Shown here piece after piece: positions 28,708 to 38,190 of a DNA stretch of 64,000 bases. The stretch lies in contig CAWIGG010000002.1 in the NCBI GenBank assembly GCA_963835575.1, positions 1,888,001 to 1,952,000 of the forward strand, written 5' to 3'. The DNA comes from an uncultured Spirochaetota bacterium. GTDB lineage: Bacteria; Spirochaetota; Brevinematia; Brevinematales; JAOACQ01. Each line of letters starts with the position of its first letter. Positions within the stretch are counted from its first letter, which is position 1. The notes below the pieces were generated by a model that saw nothing but the letters and a program-made list of their open reading frames with translations, made no database searches and was not told the DNA's origin. Position numbers and translations under genes: made by a program.

Positions 28708-30096
28708 TTACCGTCGGACTAATTTGATAAAAAACCTCATCAGTTTGCCGAATTTTCTGTAGGGCGGATACCGGAGCGCTATTTCCACCAGAAAGTTCTT
28801 TCTGAAAACGCTTTTCATATGCGAAAAGGCCTCGAAACTCATCCTTCCATGATATTTTCCCATGCCGCTTTCGCCGACGCCGCCGAAGGGAAGAGAAGTG
28901 GAAGCGAAATGGACCAGGGTATCGTTTATACAGAGCCCTCCGGAAGAAGTTTCACTGAGGACCCGCCTCTGGATTTTTTTATCCCTGGTAAACAGGTACA
29001 TGGCAAGGGGCTTCTGCATGCTGTTGATCATATCAACGGCTTCTTCTATTTTATTATACTGGAGGACCGGAAGGACGGGACCGAAAATTTCTTCTCTCAT
29101 AACAGCGCCCTTTATTTTAACATTATCCAGAAGCGTCGGGGATATTCTCAGGCTGGATGGATCCCTCTTTCCGCCCGCGGCTATATCTCCTTCCCTTAAA
29201 TACCTGCAGAGCCTTTCATATTCCTGCCTGTTGATAATTTTAGCCAGGTCCGGGGAATTAAGAGGATCATTCCCGTAAAATTTCATCAGGGCTTTTTTCA
29301 TCTCAGCCGTCAGTTTGTTTTTGATCTTTCTATTCACCAGAATATAGTCCGGCGCGATGCAGGTCTGCCCGTCATTAAAAAATTTGCCCCAGATAATGCT
29401 CCTCGCGGTTTTGGCGATATCTATATCCGCATCCGCTATGCATGGGCTTTTTCCGCCGAGCTCAAGCACGACAGGCGTCAGATGTTTTGCCGCCGCTTCC
29501 ATTATTATTCTTCCTACCGGAGCACTTCCGGTATAGAAGATAAAATCGAATTTCTGCAGAAGAAGCTTTTGAGAACGGGCGCCGCTGATCTGAATGACAT
29601 CCAGATAGGCCGGATCAAAATTTTCCGCGATCAGATCCGCCATCAGCTGTGAAGTATGTATTGTGACGCTTGAGGGTTTTATCAGAACGCAGTTGCCGGC
29701 AGCCATTGCGCCGATGACAGGCGCCATTGTCAGCTGAAAGGGGTAATTCCAGGGGCCGATTATGAGCGAGAGCCCGTACGGTTCCGGGATGATAAAACTC
29801 CTGCCGGGAAAATGAAGAAGAGGCGTATGCACGCCGCGGGGCTTCATCCATTTATGGAGACGGCCGGCCGCATAGTCTATCTCGTCTATGACCAGGGATG
29901 TTTCGCTGAAAAAAGATTCTATCTCGGGTTTCTGGAAATCTTTTTTAATGGCCTGATATATCTTGTCTTCACTTTTTTCTATGACTTTCTTCAGAATTCT
30001 TAATTGTTCCAGGCGGAATGAAAGAGGCCGGGTTTTTCCCGACCGGAAGAAAGAGCGCTGGTTTTCAAGGGATTTGATCATATTTTTATTATCCAT
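28708..30096 (-). CDS. Aldehyde dehydrogenase (ALDH3-like)
   Basis: IGPWNYP, FYTGS, LELGGKSP, GQTCIAPDY, EEIFGP and PFGGVGESG motifs; start at 30096 chosen from the RBS. Confidence 0.92.
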   Translation of the reverse strand: MDNKNMIKSLENQRSFFRSGKTRPLSFRLEQLRILKKVIEKSEDKIYQAIKKDFQKPEIESFFSETSLVIDEIDYAAGRLHKWMKPRGVHTPLLHFPGRSFIIPEPYGLSLIIGPWNYPFQLTMAPVIGAMAAGNCVLIKPSSVTIHTSQLMADLIAENFDPAYLDVIQISGARSQKLLLQKFDFIFYTGSAPVGRIIMEAAAKHLTPVVLELGGKSPCIADADIDIAKTARSIIWGKFFNDGQTCIAPDYILVNRKIKNKLTAEMKKALMKFYGNDPLNSPDLAKIINRQEYERLCRYLREGDIAAGGKRDPSSLRISPTLLDNVKIKGAVMREEIFGPVLPVLQYNKIEEAVDMINSMQKPLAMYLFTRDKKIQRRVLSETSSGGLCINDTLVHFASTSLPFGGVGESGMGKYHGRMSFEAFSHMKSVFRKNFLVEIALRYPPYRKFGKLMRFFIKLVRR

Positions 30097-30185
30097 ACAG
30101 CCCCCAAACATAATAATAACTAATAGTATCATATTTCTAAATTTGTTTTTTGACAATATTAAAAATATTATATTTTATTAAACAC

Positions 30186-30216
30186 TTGACCTGTCTACAA
30201 CTTTATAGTTTAAACT
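30186..30216 (+). promoter_or_regulatory. MerR-type promoter with 19-bp spacer
   Basis: TTGACC (30186-30191), 19 bp spacer, TAAACT (30211-30216); a MerR gene lies in the downstream operon. Confidence 0.7.
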
Positions 30217-30250
30217 TATTGAAGCAATAAAATATTTTAAGGAGTTTGAT

Positions 30251-30751
30251 ATGTTAAATTTTAAATCAAAAAGAATCGTCAGAAGTGGGACCTGCAGGTT
30301 CAACGCAAGCCCGGAATGCATCATCCCGCTGTTATGCCCGGTCAGGGAAAAAGAATGGGTCGGCGGCTGGGATTACCGGATGATTTATTCAGATTCAGGT
30401 TTGAATGAAAAGGGATGCACATTCAAAAACCGTTTTTTCGGCGGAGAAGCCCTCTGGACGGTTGTATCGTATTCTAAAGAAAATTACGAGTTTGAGGCTG
30501 TGATTTTCGTTAAAAACAGGCTGGTCGTGAATTTTTACATCAAGTTAAATAAAAATGACGGCGGCACTACAGACGCCCGGATAACTCAGACATTTACAGC
30601 CCTATCCGGAAAAGGAAATAAATTCATTGGCAATAACACCGAGGAAAAATACGCGAAAACCATGGCTGGTATTGAAAAATCGATGAATTATTTCCTGGAG
30701 CATGGCAGAATGATCGGCGGTTTATCGCTTCATCTGCAGATGAAAAACTGA
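30251..30751 (+). CDS. Hypothetical protein (SRPBCC-like)
   Basis: PLLCPVREKEWVGGW conserved-looking motif; AGGAG RBS. Confidence 0.7.
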   Translation: MLNFKSKRIVRSGTCRFNASPECIIPLLCPVREKEWVGGWDYRMIYSDSGLNEKGCTFKNRFFGGEALWTVVSYSKENYEFEAVIFVKNRLVVNFYIKLNKNDGGTTDARITQTFTALSGKGNKFIGNNTEEKYAKTMAGIEKSMNYFLEHGRMIGGLSLHLQMKN

Positions 30752-30784
30752 AATAACCGATATTCTTTAAACAGGAGAAATGTT

Positions 30785-31552
30785 ATGGATAATATAGTAC
30801 GGAATAAGAAGAAGATTAACGGGATACCCGTCCTGGAATATTTTCCTGCTGCCAAAAAAGGAACTAAACTTCCCTTGGTTTTTATACTGCATGGCTTTAC
30901 CGGCCGTAAAGAGAATTGTATAACCGATCTTGAAGAATATGCCCGAGGCGGCTATTATGCCGTCGCGCCGGACCACCGGGAACATGGCAAACGGAGGACC
31001 CTGCGTTTTTTCACAAAGGTCCTGAAGGGGATTAAGATCAACATGGCTGAGCTTATGAAGCTCGTAAAGGAAAGCGCGGACGATTATATTTCTCTCATTG
31101 ATCATTATGAAAAGCATGACTGTATCGATCCGGGAAGGATCGGCGTCGCGGGCGTCTCCATGGGCGGCTGCATCACTTACAGGATGATGGTCATCGACAG
31201 CCGCATCAAAACGGCCGCCCCTATGATCTCAACGCCGCACTGGGGCGATCTTCCGGAAGACAGGAAGGTTTCAAATGATCCTATTGTCATGAAAAGCCTC
31301 GATAGCTTTGCCCGGCTTTACAGCCCCGATCTTTACCCTGACAAATTTTATCCCAGGCCCCTCCTCATGCAGATCGGCGAAAACGACCGGCACTTTGCCG
31401 CTGTAAAGGTCAAAAAGTTTTACGAAAAGCTCAAACCATTTTACAATCAAGAGCCGGATAAACTCGAATATGTTCTCTACAAAAACACCGGCCATGAAAT
31501 AACCCCGGCTATGCTTTCAAAAACCGCCGGCTGGTTTAAAAAATGGCTTTGA
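30785..31552 (+). CDS. Alpha/beta hydrolase (esterase)
   Basis: LHGFTG, GVSMGG nucleophile elbow, GENDRH and TGHE motifs. Confidence 0.9.
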   Translation: MDNIVRNKKKINGIPVLEYFPAAKKGTKLPLVFILHGFTGRKENCITDLEEYARGGYYAVAPDHREHGKRRTLRFFTKVLKGIKINMAELMKLVKESADDYISLIDHYEKHDCIDPGRIGVAGVSMGGCITYRMMVIDSRIKTAAPMISTPHWGDLPEDRKVSNDPIVMKSLDSFARLYSPDLYPDKFYPRPLLMQIGENDRHFAAVKVKKFYEKLKPFYNQEPDKLEYVLYKNTGHEITPAMLSKTAGWFKKWL

Positions 31553-31562
31553 GAGGAAACGC

Positions 31563-32135
31563 ATGCCCTGTTCCATCGGAATGATCGCAAAAAAAGCGGG
31601 GATTTCCCGGACTACGCTTCTCTATTACGATTCCATCGGGCTTTTCTGCCCTTCGGGAAGAAGTGCCGCCGGCTACCGGCTTTATGACGACGCCGATTGG
31701 GACAGACTCCTCAAGATACGGGCATACAGGGAAACCGGAATACCGCTCGATGAAATAAAGCGCCTCCTCGACAGCGATGAGAACGGCAAAGAAATAGTCA
31801 TTGCATCAGCTTTGCTGAAGAGGCTGGGTGAATTGAACAGCGAGGTCGCCGCCTGCCGCGCACAGCAGAAAATTATCCTTCAAATCCTGAAGAGGCAGGA
31901 TATTGTTAAAGATATCAAGAAAGCCGACGCTTCCGTCTGGAGACGCCTGCTTAAGGAATCCGGCATTCAGGAAAAAACAGCCCTGAAATGGCATGCCGAT
32001 TTCGACAAATATTCCCCGAAAGAGCACAGGGAATTTTTAAAATCCATCGGCTTTTCAGAAAAGGAAATCCGGAATATCATCGATTGGGTCTCCTATAAAG
32101 ATGTAAATGTTCTGTTAAACGATTTGAAAGATTGA
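31563..32135 (+). CDS. MerR-family transcriptional regulator
   Basis: SIGMIAKKAGISRTTLLYYDSIGL...GYRLY. Confidence 0.92.
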   Translation: MPCSIGMIAKKAGISRTTLLYYDSIGLFCPSGRSAAGYRLYDDADWDRLLKIRAYRETGIPLDEIKRLLDSDENGKEIVIASALLKRLGELNSEVAACRAQQKIILQILKRQDIVKDIKKADASVWRRLLKESGIQEKTALKWHADFDKYSPKEHREFLKSIGFSEKEIRNIIDWVSYKDVNVLLNDLKD

Positions 32136-32153
32136 TTTTCAGAGGGGGCGGAC

Positions 32154-32732
32154 ATGAAAAAAATTCTCGGGATTTCCGGCAGCCCAAATGCCGGAGGCAA
32201 TACGTCTTATTCCGTTCAATACGCCCTCAATGTCCTGAAAGAGGAACGCTTTGAAACAAAATACATATCCCTGTCCGGAAGGAAGATCAATCCATGCACC
32301 GGATGCTGGGAATGCTCGAAAACCGGGAAATGCGTCTTTCAAGATGATATGGAAGAAATCTGCGAAGCCATGCTCTGGTGCGGCGGGCTTATCATCGGCT
32401 CGCCGGTTTATTTCGGCCTCCTGTCCGGACAGCTTAAGGTGATGATGGACCGCTGCGCGGTTTTACGGCCCGATTACGGCAATATACTGCCGATGGCCGG
32501 AAAAACCGGCGCCGCTATCGCCTGCGCCAACTCCCGCAGCGGAGGGCAGGAAACAACGCTTCAGAACATTCAGACCTTTCTGCTCCAGATGAATATGCGC
32601 GTCGTGAGCGACGGCCCGAAATACTGCCATTCAGGCGGGACAATTATGGGAACGGCGAAAGACGATGCCTGGGGCCTGGAAACAGTAAGAGGGACCGCTT
32701 TAAACGTGGGGAAAATGCTGACATCAAAATAG
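32154..32732 (+). CDS. Iron-sulfur flavoprotein / flavodoxin-family FMN reductase
   Basis: GISGSP, CTGCWEC....C, GSPVYFG and GGQETT motifs. Confidence 0.9.
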   Translation: MKKILGISGSPNAGGNTSYSVQYALNVLKEERFETKYISLSGRKINPCTGCWECSKTGKCVFQDDMEEICEAMLWCGGLIIGSPVYFGLLSGQLKVMMDRCAVLRPDYGNILPMAGKTGAAIACANSRSGGQETTLQNIQTFLLQMNMRVVSDGPKYCHSGGTIMGTAKDDAWGLETVRGTALNVGKMLTSK

Positions 32733-32779
32733 AAATAAGCAACGCGGAAACAAAGAAATTAAAAAAAACTGCATTTATC

Positions 32780-32839
32780 GGGCAGTTCCAAAAACTGTTG
32801 TGGAAATATTTGATAAATTTTTAGTTTTTGGAACTGCCC
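32780..32839. mobile_element. 60-bp GGGCAGTTCC MITE
   Basis: TIRs GGGCAGTTCCAAAAACT / AGTTTTTGGAACTGCCC; 4-bp TSD TATC on both sides. Confidence 0.85.
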
Positions 32840-32935
32840 TATCTTTATTTACAAAATATTATTATTTGACTTAACGGCCCTGATTTCATATATTTCAATT
32901 ATCACTTTTCATCTTTATGAATCAGGAGGCATCGT

Positions 32936-33715
32936 ATGGATTCAAAAGTTGTTGTCATTACCGGCGCTTCCGGGGGTATCGGCGCCGCTATCGCAAAAAA
33001 ACTCGGTTCGGAGAAATACAATCTAGTCCTTGCCGCACGCAGGCTGAAAGAACTGCAGAATGTCGCGGAACAAAGCGGGACAAAAGCGCTTTCAGTCGTT
33101 ACGGATGTCACTGTCCGTAAGGATATGGAAAGGCTCCGCGATGTCGCTCTCAAAGAATTCGGAAAAATCGATGTCTGGATCAATAACGCGGGAAGAGGGG
33201 TCGGAAAGAAAGTCCTGGAATTGACAGACTTGGATTTTGACGAGATCATCAACAGCAACCTCAAGTCCGTCTTTTACGGCATCCAGACGGTCATCCCCTA
33301 TTTCCAGAAGACGGGCTCCGGCCATCTGATCAACATTTCCTCCTTCCTGGGCAGGGTGCCGCTTGTTTCATTCCGGTCCATATACAGCGCCGCGAAGAGC
33401 GCTGTCAATTCACTTACAGCCAACCTGCGTATGGACATGAAAAAGGAATATCCGGGCATAAAAGTATCGCTTGTCATGCCGGGGACAGTCCTGACCGATT
33501 TTCCGAAGAACGCTCTCGGGGGGACACCCCAGACATCTTTTTCAGGCAGTTCCCCAATGAAGCCGCAGACGGCTGAGGAAGTGGCCGGGCTGATCGCCGA
33601 ACTGATCAGGAACCCGAAGCCGGAGCTTTATACAAACCCGGCCAATCCCGGGATGTTGAACCGGTATTACAGCGACGTCGGGGCTTTTGAAGATGATATG
33701 TTCAAACCTAAATGA
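32936..33715 (+). CDS. Short-chain dehydrogenase/reductase
   Basis: TGASGGIG, INNAG and YSAAK motifs. Confidence 0.93.
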   Translation: MDSKVVVITGASGGIGAAIAKKLGSEKYNLVLAARRLKELQNVAEQSGTKALSVVTDVTVRKDMERLRDVALKEFGKIDVWINNAGRGVGKKVLELTDLDFDEIINSNLKSVFYGIQTVIPYFQKTGSGHLINISSFLGRVPLVSFRSIYSAAKSAVNSLTANLRMDMKKEYPGIKVSLVMPGTVLTDFPKNALGGTPQTSFSGSSPMKPQTAEEVAGLIAELIRNPKPELYTNPANPGMLNRYYSDVGAFEDDMFKPK

Positions 33716-33911
33716 TTGAAAGAATTCAGCGGAAAAGAAGCGCTTCTTTTTCAGACCTTCTGTAAGAAAACCCCCTTTTCAACACCAGGTCCTTGACTCT
33801 TAACGCATGGACTGCCGTCTTTCCCGGCGGGTTCTTCCTGATACGGAAATCCCGTTAACACTTCCTGGAATTTCTAAACCTGACGTTTACGAAACTTTCA
33901 TCACGGATTAT

Positions 33912-36233
33912 TTACCACTTCATCCAAACGCCCAGACTTGGATAAATCCCGATCGGGCTGATTTGTTCCCTTTTTTGTGAATAATCACTATTATAAGAAA
34001 CTGCCTGGACCGGCCGGTAATTATAAACATTGTTGACCTGCAGGTAAGCCCCGAACGGCAGATCAAAGAGTGTTCCGAAATATTCCATTTTTAAATTCAG
34101 TGAGTGAACGTCGGGAAGCCTTGCCGAATTGTAATCGCCCCAGACCGGAATATAATTGGTATATGTTCCAACTATGCTCTGCTGGACCGATTTAAGAGGC
34201 GTGTACTGGCTTCCGGCCTGCCATTGGAATTCGGAGGTGAGCGACCAGTTCTTATTGATGTCCCATATTCCTGTCATATCGAGTTTATAGGGCAGAGATC
34301 CCGGATCGAACCATTTGCCCTGAGGCGGCTGCGCGGAGGATGGGGATGAACCCCCGAAAAAACCGTCCGAATTATAGGAAGTATTGGGGTCTATCCCTTC
34401 CGTCCTGTATCCGTTAATAAAATAACAGCTGATGCTGACCCAGCCATAGAGCGGTATGCTGTCCGGCTTTTTACTCAATAGAAAATCAACGCCGTAGATC
34501 TGCCGCTGTTCGCCTGAAGTATGCAGCAGATACTCTGAATTGGATTCAAGGGAAAGGTAGTGATCATAAACTTTATCGTAAAACTCCAGGCTCGCGTCAT
34601 AGGTTTTCTGGAATCCCAGCTGGATCCCCAGAACATAATGCCAGCATGCGGGAATATCAAGGTTCGCGTTTGTGTCCATATTCCGGAGACTCCAGGCGTC
34701 TGTCGGGAATTCGGACAGGTAGCCTGCGGACGCATATATTTTATTATCAGGCGTAAAGCGGTAACCGGCGGTCAGGCGGGGGTCCAATGACGTTTTTTTG
34801 ATCAAGTCCACATAATTGAAACGCAGACCATCCTGGAAATAAATATGATCTTCGAAAAGGGATGTCTCATTTTCCAGAAAGAAAGAATAAACGCCCAGCC
34901 GGCCGTTAAAAGTATTATTGTTTAAAGTAATCCATTCAGGCGCTCCTGACGTGTTTGTTTTCAAATAGGACGCATAGTTCGTATACAATGCGTCCGGATA
35001 ATAGATAATTTCACTTCCTATATTGAAAGACAGGGATTCCATGGGCGCATAACCAGCGAGGATTTTATAGCGGATGTTCTGTTCTTCATCTTTCCTCACA
35101 ATATTATTGAGTGTGCCGTTATTTTCCTGGTCCTGAAATGCCCAGAGAGTACCGATGGATTGATCAATAAACCATTCCTTATCAAAGCGGTGTTTCCAAT
35201 CCAGGTTAATCATCCCATCGATATAATTCATCAGGCCGGAATTCGTTACCTGGGAATTCCGGCCGAAAGAAATGTTCGAATAAGAAGTCGGTTCCATTGA
35301 GAAGAGCCAGACAAAAGAGACGGAGTCATCCCCGTCTTTATACCGGACCCGGCCATGGGAATCCAGGTAATAGGGAAAATTTATGTTTGTTGTAAACCCT
35401 GTGTTCTGGATAAAAAGCGGAAGGACCAGGTCATAATAAGTGCGCCGGATACCGCCGACATAATTCCACTTCTGGTCTTCTGTCGCGCCGGAAACAGACA
35501 CAGAACTATTGAGCAGACCGATATCCACTTTTCCATGAAAACCCGGCTTGCCCTCGATTGAATTAACTTCCAGGAGTGAAGACATTGCCTGTCCATAGCG
35601 CGCCGGTATCACACCCTTATAGAGAACAATTGAATCAACAATGTCGTCGATGAATACCGAATCCGGAAGAAAATGATGGTAGGGATACATTACCATGGCC
35701 TCATCCATCATCGCCAGATTTTCATTTCCTGCCCCGCCGCGGACAGACAGTCTGGAATTGCCCTGATTTCCGCCAAAGCCGAGGTCCGCGACCCCCGGCA
35801 TAAGGGTCATAGAATGAAGCGGGTCCCCTGTGATAGACGCGGGAGCTTTCTCCCGGAGCCCTTTATTAATGACATTTTTTGAAGCCGTATCTTTCAGTCT
35901 CTCTCCGACAACATCCACTTCTCCAAGGGAAAGGGCGCTTTGAGGCACCAGATAGAAATTCAGGGTTTTATCTGATTTCACGGTAATTGTTCTTGATTCA
36001 GTATAAAAACCGCCGGATCTTGCTTCTACCGTGTAGTCCCCGGCCGCGGCATCGATCGTATAAGCCCCATTATCTTCGGCCTGTGTTAAACTCACCACAT
36101 TAGTACCGGATTTCAGCAGCACCGCAGCCGCGGAAATACCTTCACGCGTGTCTGAACGGAAAACTCTTCCTTTAATCTGAAAAGAAAAAGCCAGCGCCGG
36201 CGTAATCATAAAGAGTAATAAGATGATCCGCAT
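33912..36233 (-). CDS. TonB-dependent receptor with N-terminal carboxypeptidase-regulatory-like domain
   Basis: Signal peptide; plug motifs LMPGV, LSVRGG and KGVIPARYG; NVYN near the C-terminus; terminal W; GGAGG RBS before 36233. Confidence 0.88.
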   Translation of the reverse strand: MRIILLLFMITPALAFSFQIKGRVFRSDTREGISAAAVLLKSGTNVVSLTQAEDNGAYTIDAAAGDYTVEARSGGFYTESRTITVKSDKTLNFYLVPQSALSLGEVDVVGERLKDTASKNVINKGLREKAPASITGDPLHSMTLMPGVADLGFGGNQGNSRLSVRGGAGNENLAMMDEAMVMYPYHHFLPDSVFIDDIVDSIVLYKGVIPARYGQAMSSLLEVNSIEGKPGFHGKVDIGLLNSSVSVSGATEDQKWNYVGGIRRTYYDLVLPLFIQNTGFTTNINFPYYLDSHGRVRYKDGDDSVSFVWLFSMEPTSYSNISFGRNSQVTNSGLMNYIDGMINLDWKHRFDKEWFIDQSIGTLWAFQDQENNGTLNNIVRKDEEQNIRYKILAGYAPMESLSFNIGSEIIYYPDALYTNYASYLKTNTSGAPEWITLNNNTFNGRLGVYSFFLENETSLFEDHIYFQDGLRFNYVDLIKKTSLDPRLTAGYRFTPDNKIYASAGYLSEFPTDAWSLRNMDTNANLDIPACWHYVLGIQLGFQKTYDASLEFYDKVYDHYLSLESNSEYLLHTSGEQRQIYGVDFLLSKKPDSIPLYGWVSISCYFINGYRTEGIDPNTSYNSDGFFGGSSPSSAQPPQGKWFDPGSLPYKLDMTGIWDINKNWSLTSEFQWQAGSQYTPLKSVQQSIVGTYTNYIPVWGDYNSARLPDVHSLNLKMEYFGTLFDLPFGAYLQVNNVYNYRPVQAVSYNSDYSQKREQISPIGIYPSLGVWMKW

Positions 36234-36298
36234 AGCAAAACCTCCAGATTTAACAAACAAAACTTGCGTCAAAAATTATTGCCTCAGTTCCCGGAAAT

Positions 36299-36898
36299 TC
36301 ATTCCAGATGGAATTTTATTGTCAACTGCATTCTGACCGGTTTAAAATTTCCGCCGATTCGCGCCGGCCGGAATTTTGCCGCCAGAACGGCTTTTTTTGC
36401 CGATTCGGACAGCATAGGGTTCGGCGATTTGATGATTTCAACGTTCCTAACATTGCCGTTTGCGTCAATATAGACCATCAAGATGATCCGGCCTTCAATT
36501 TCCTGCCGCCGCGCTTCTTCCGGATAAACCGGATCAATCGGGGTTATGGCTGACGGAATTTCATCGGCCATATAGGAAGGAACGTAGTTGGTGCTGCCGC
36601 TGTCGCCTGTTTCTATTCCGGCATCTTCCCGGGCCATCTGCGGCTGTTTATTCGTTTCTATGACCGGCTTCTTTTTGGACCGATCGGCTTCATCCATAAA
36701 TTGAAACGGAGATTCCGGATTCTTCGGACGGGGCAATGACTGTATTTCAACAGCGTTAACATCTATGTAGTTAAGTTTTGCATAAAGCGACAGCGCATAA
36801 ACTGCGCCTGCCAGGATGTGCAGACCCAGAGAAATCAGCAGGTATTTTTTTAACCGCATAACCGCTTCTTCTTTATTGAGAGATTTTTTTCCCTTCAT
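36299..36898 (-). CDS. tonB: Energy transducer TonB
   Basis: N-terminal TM SLGLHIL; PVYPEEARRQEIEGRI...F.PA TonB_C domain. Confidence 0.9.
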   Translation of the reverse strand: MKGKKSLNKEEAVMRLKKYLLISLGLHILAGAVYALSLYAKLNYIDVNAVEIQSLPRPKNPESPFQFMDEADRSKKKPVIETNKQPQMAREDAGIETGDSGSTNYVPSYMADEIPSAITPIDPVYPEEARRQEIEGRIILMVYIDANGNVRNVEIIKSPNPMLSESAKKAVLAAKFRPARIGGNFKPVRMQLTIKFHLE

Positions 36899-36949
36899 AC
36901 AGTCTCCTGCTGACTGCGCTGTTACAATGATTGGAGCTCCCGTTACTGA

Positions 36950-37315
36950 TTAAGAAGATGATAACTTCATTGTATCAGTTCCCGGCATGGTCCGTTTTAC
37001 ACCGATTTCTCTCACTGCATTCCCGGAAATGCCGCAGTGAAGCAATGAACCCATAAAAAACACTATTCCAAAAAGAAATATGGATTTTCTTCCGAAAATG
37101 TCCGAGAGTTTCCCAAACAGGATGATGCCCGCGGTTGAAAAGAGCGTATACGCGGTGAAAGGCCGGCTGTAGTGCTCCATTCCTTTTAAATCCCTGATGA
37201 TACGCGGCATCGCCGTACCGGCGATCGTGTTGTCCAGGGCTGCCAATAAAAGGCTGATCATCAGGCTTATCATAATGAAAATAATATTCCTTCTTGACAG
37301 CCGGCCTGGATGCAT
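36950..37315 (-). pseudogene. 5' fragment of a DHA2-type MFS efflux transporter
   Basis: LLAALDNTI.GTAMPRI and GKLSDIFGRK motifs; similarity ends after about 95 aa. Confidence 0.85.
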
Positions 37316-37568
37316 TTTTAACTCCTCATAATAATTAAATTTAATAATAATATTGAATAATAGTCAAAACTGAAAAATAAAAATTTGATTTATGAATTTA
37401 CCAGGCTGGAAGTCATGAGTTTCCACAACCGGTACAACCATCACCCTTCAATTAAATCAACAATAAAATAACAGCACTCCCCCTTTTTGTCAAAACATGT
37501 CAGGAATGAATGTGTCAGGAAAGAACTCGTAAATATTTCCTTATTTTGACCGCTTTCGTATAAATTAA

Positions 37569-37772
37569 GGGCAGTTCTAAAAACTCAAATATTTAGAACT
37601 GCCGCTATTATATGAGTTCATGCTACCGCCCGAGTTCGCTGTCTGAAAAGATCATCAACCAGCGAACTCTATACGGTAGCGCCAATTAAATTTACAAGAG
37701 ATTCTATAACCGGGGCAGTTCCAAAACCTATGTTGGAAATATCTGATTGATTTTGAGTTTTTGGAACTGCCC
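37569..37772. mobile_element. Composite three-hairpin MITE, copy A
   Basis: GGGCAGTTC...GAACTGCCC ends; TTAA on both flanks; first ~150 bp nearly identical to 49799-49952. Confidence 0.85.
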
Positions 37773-38190
37773 TTAAATTATTTCACCAGAAAATTAAATA
37801 TTATTAATTTGACATACTTTTATTATTCAATAAATAATTTATGCAATTGTTAATAAAATATAAGGGGGGAGTAATGAAAAAAAGATGCATGTTTCGGTTG
37901 TCCATTTTTTCCCTCGGATTGATAATTCTGCCGTAAAATAACCGGCAATTAAAGCCGGAATTATCATAAGAAGCCGAAAATTTGGGATTATTTAATAAAT
38001 ATGCTATATTAATTCGAAATTTTCAGGAATTATTGTGTTTCTTAATAAAGCATTTTGGAAAATTCAGGTATTATTTTTTTTAATGAAAATACCGGGAAAA
38101 TCATCCGGGGCTTAAAAAACAGGAGAATCAAGCCGGGCAATCCGGTATGAGAGGATGGGAAAATCCGTTAAATTGAAACGGGGTTAATCA

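Noticed and set aside
36897..37030. Cobalamin or other riboswitch upstream of tonB and the TonB-dependent receptor
   Set aside because: The context is suggestive, but the conserved B12-box, TPP and FMN core sequences could not be matched by eye.
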